DNA of 64,000 bases from an uncultured Actinomycetota bacterium (GTDB taxonomy: Bacteria > Actinomycetota > Actinomycetes > Propionibacteriales > Nocardioidaceae): the NCBI GenBank assembly GCA_963717855.1, contig CAVQXF010000009.1, forward strand, positions 371,426-435,425, given 5' to 3'. Both the position numbers and the translations under genes were made by a program. Below are positions 63,770 to 64,000 of the stretch, one piece after another (positions within the stretch are counted from its first letter, which is position 1; each line of letters starts with the position of its first letter). The notes beneath the pieces are model-generated. The model saw nothing but the letters and a program-made list of their open reading frames with translations. It did no database searches and had not been told where the DNA came from.

Positions 63770-64000
63770 TCAGGTGTGACCGTCGAACATCGAGGTGACC
63801 GAGCCGTCCTCGAACACCTCGCGGATCGCGCGGGCGACCAACGGCGCGATCGACAGGCTGGTGAGCTTGTCGAAGTGCCGGTCCGAGGCCACCGGGAGAG
63901 TGTTGGTGACCACGACCTCGACCGCCGGGCAGTTCTTGAGCCGGTCGACCGCCGGGTCGGAGAGGATCGCGTGGGTCGCCGCGATGACGACGCCCCCTGC
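63770..64000 (-). CDS. prs: ribose-phosphate pyrophosphokinase, C-terminal part
   Basis: AATHAILSDPAVDRLKNC..VVVTNTLP..LSIAPLVARAIREVFEDGSVTSMFDGHT-stop. Confidence 0.93.
   Translation of the reverse strand, partial: AGGVVIAATHAILSDPAVDRLKNCPAVEVVVTNTLPVASDRHFDKLTSLSIAPLVARAIREVFEDGSVTSMFDGHT

Noticed and set aside
1-64000. tRNA, rRNA, transposase, integrase, prophage or exosortase genes
   Set aside because: None recognised by eye; tRNAscan and HMM searches were not run.

Overview
High-GC actinobacterial DNA, Nocardioides-like by gene content (inference). There are many single-base indel frameshifts in patches, most likely long-read consensus errors. Layout: (1) 1-3856, a pstC-pstA-pstS-like operon running off the left edge, sharing a divergent promoter with PHO-box-like repeats with a hypothetical-MFS-TolB-like trio (4247-7287). 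(2) 7328-42263, a large Wzx/Wzy surface-polysaccharide locus: Ugd, five glycosyltransferases, two DegT aminotransferases, two hexapeptide acetyltransferases, oxidoreductase, epimerase, LCP ligase, priming transferase and three DUF4082-type exported proteins. It contains an ACP-dependent tailoring cassette (AMP-ligase, PLP decarboxylase, ACP, glutaminase-less asparagine-synthetase homologue, GNAT, deacetylase) and a recurring promoter-region motif ATTGGGTA. (3) 43014-55003, a second, expanded Pst-like operon: pstC-pstA-membrane-tethered PstS-950 aa PBP-like protein-sortase-fold protein lacking its catalytic His/Cys-secreted PBP-like protein-two proteins sharing an unknown domain-pstB. (4) Housekeeping and regulatory genes: HAD phosphatase, cysQ, pepN, pth, rplY, a kinase plus two NarL-type regulators, prs. 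The best candidate for an undescribed system is (3), a Pst-derived ABC machine paired with a pseudo-sortase and phosphate-site-degenerate binding proteins. Coordinates of frameshifted genes are approximate.
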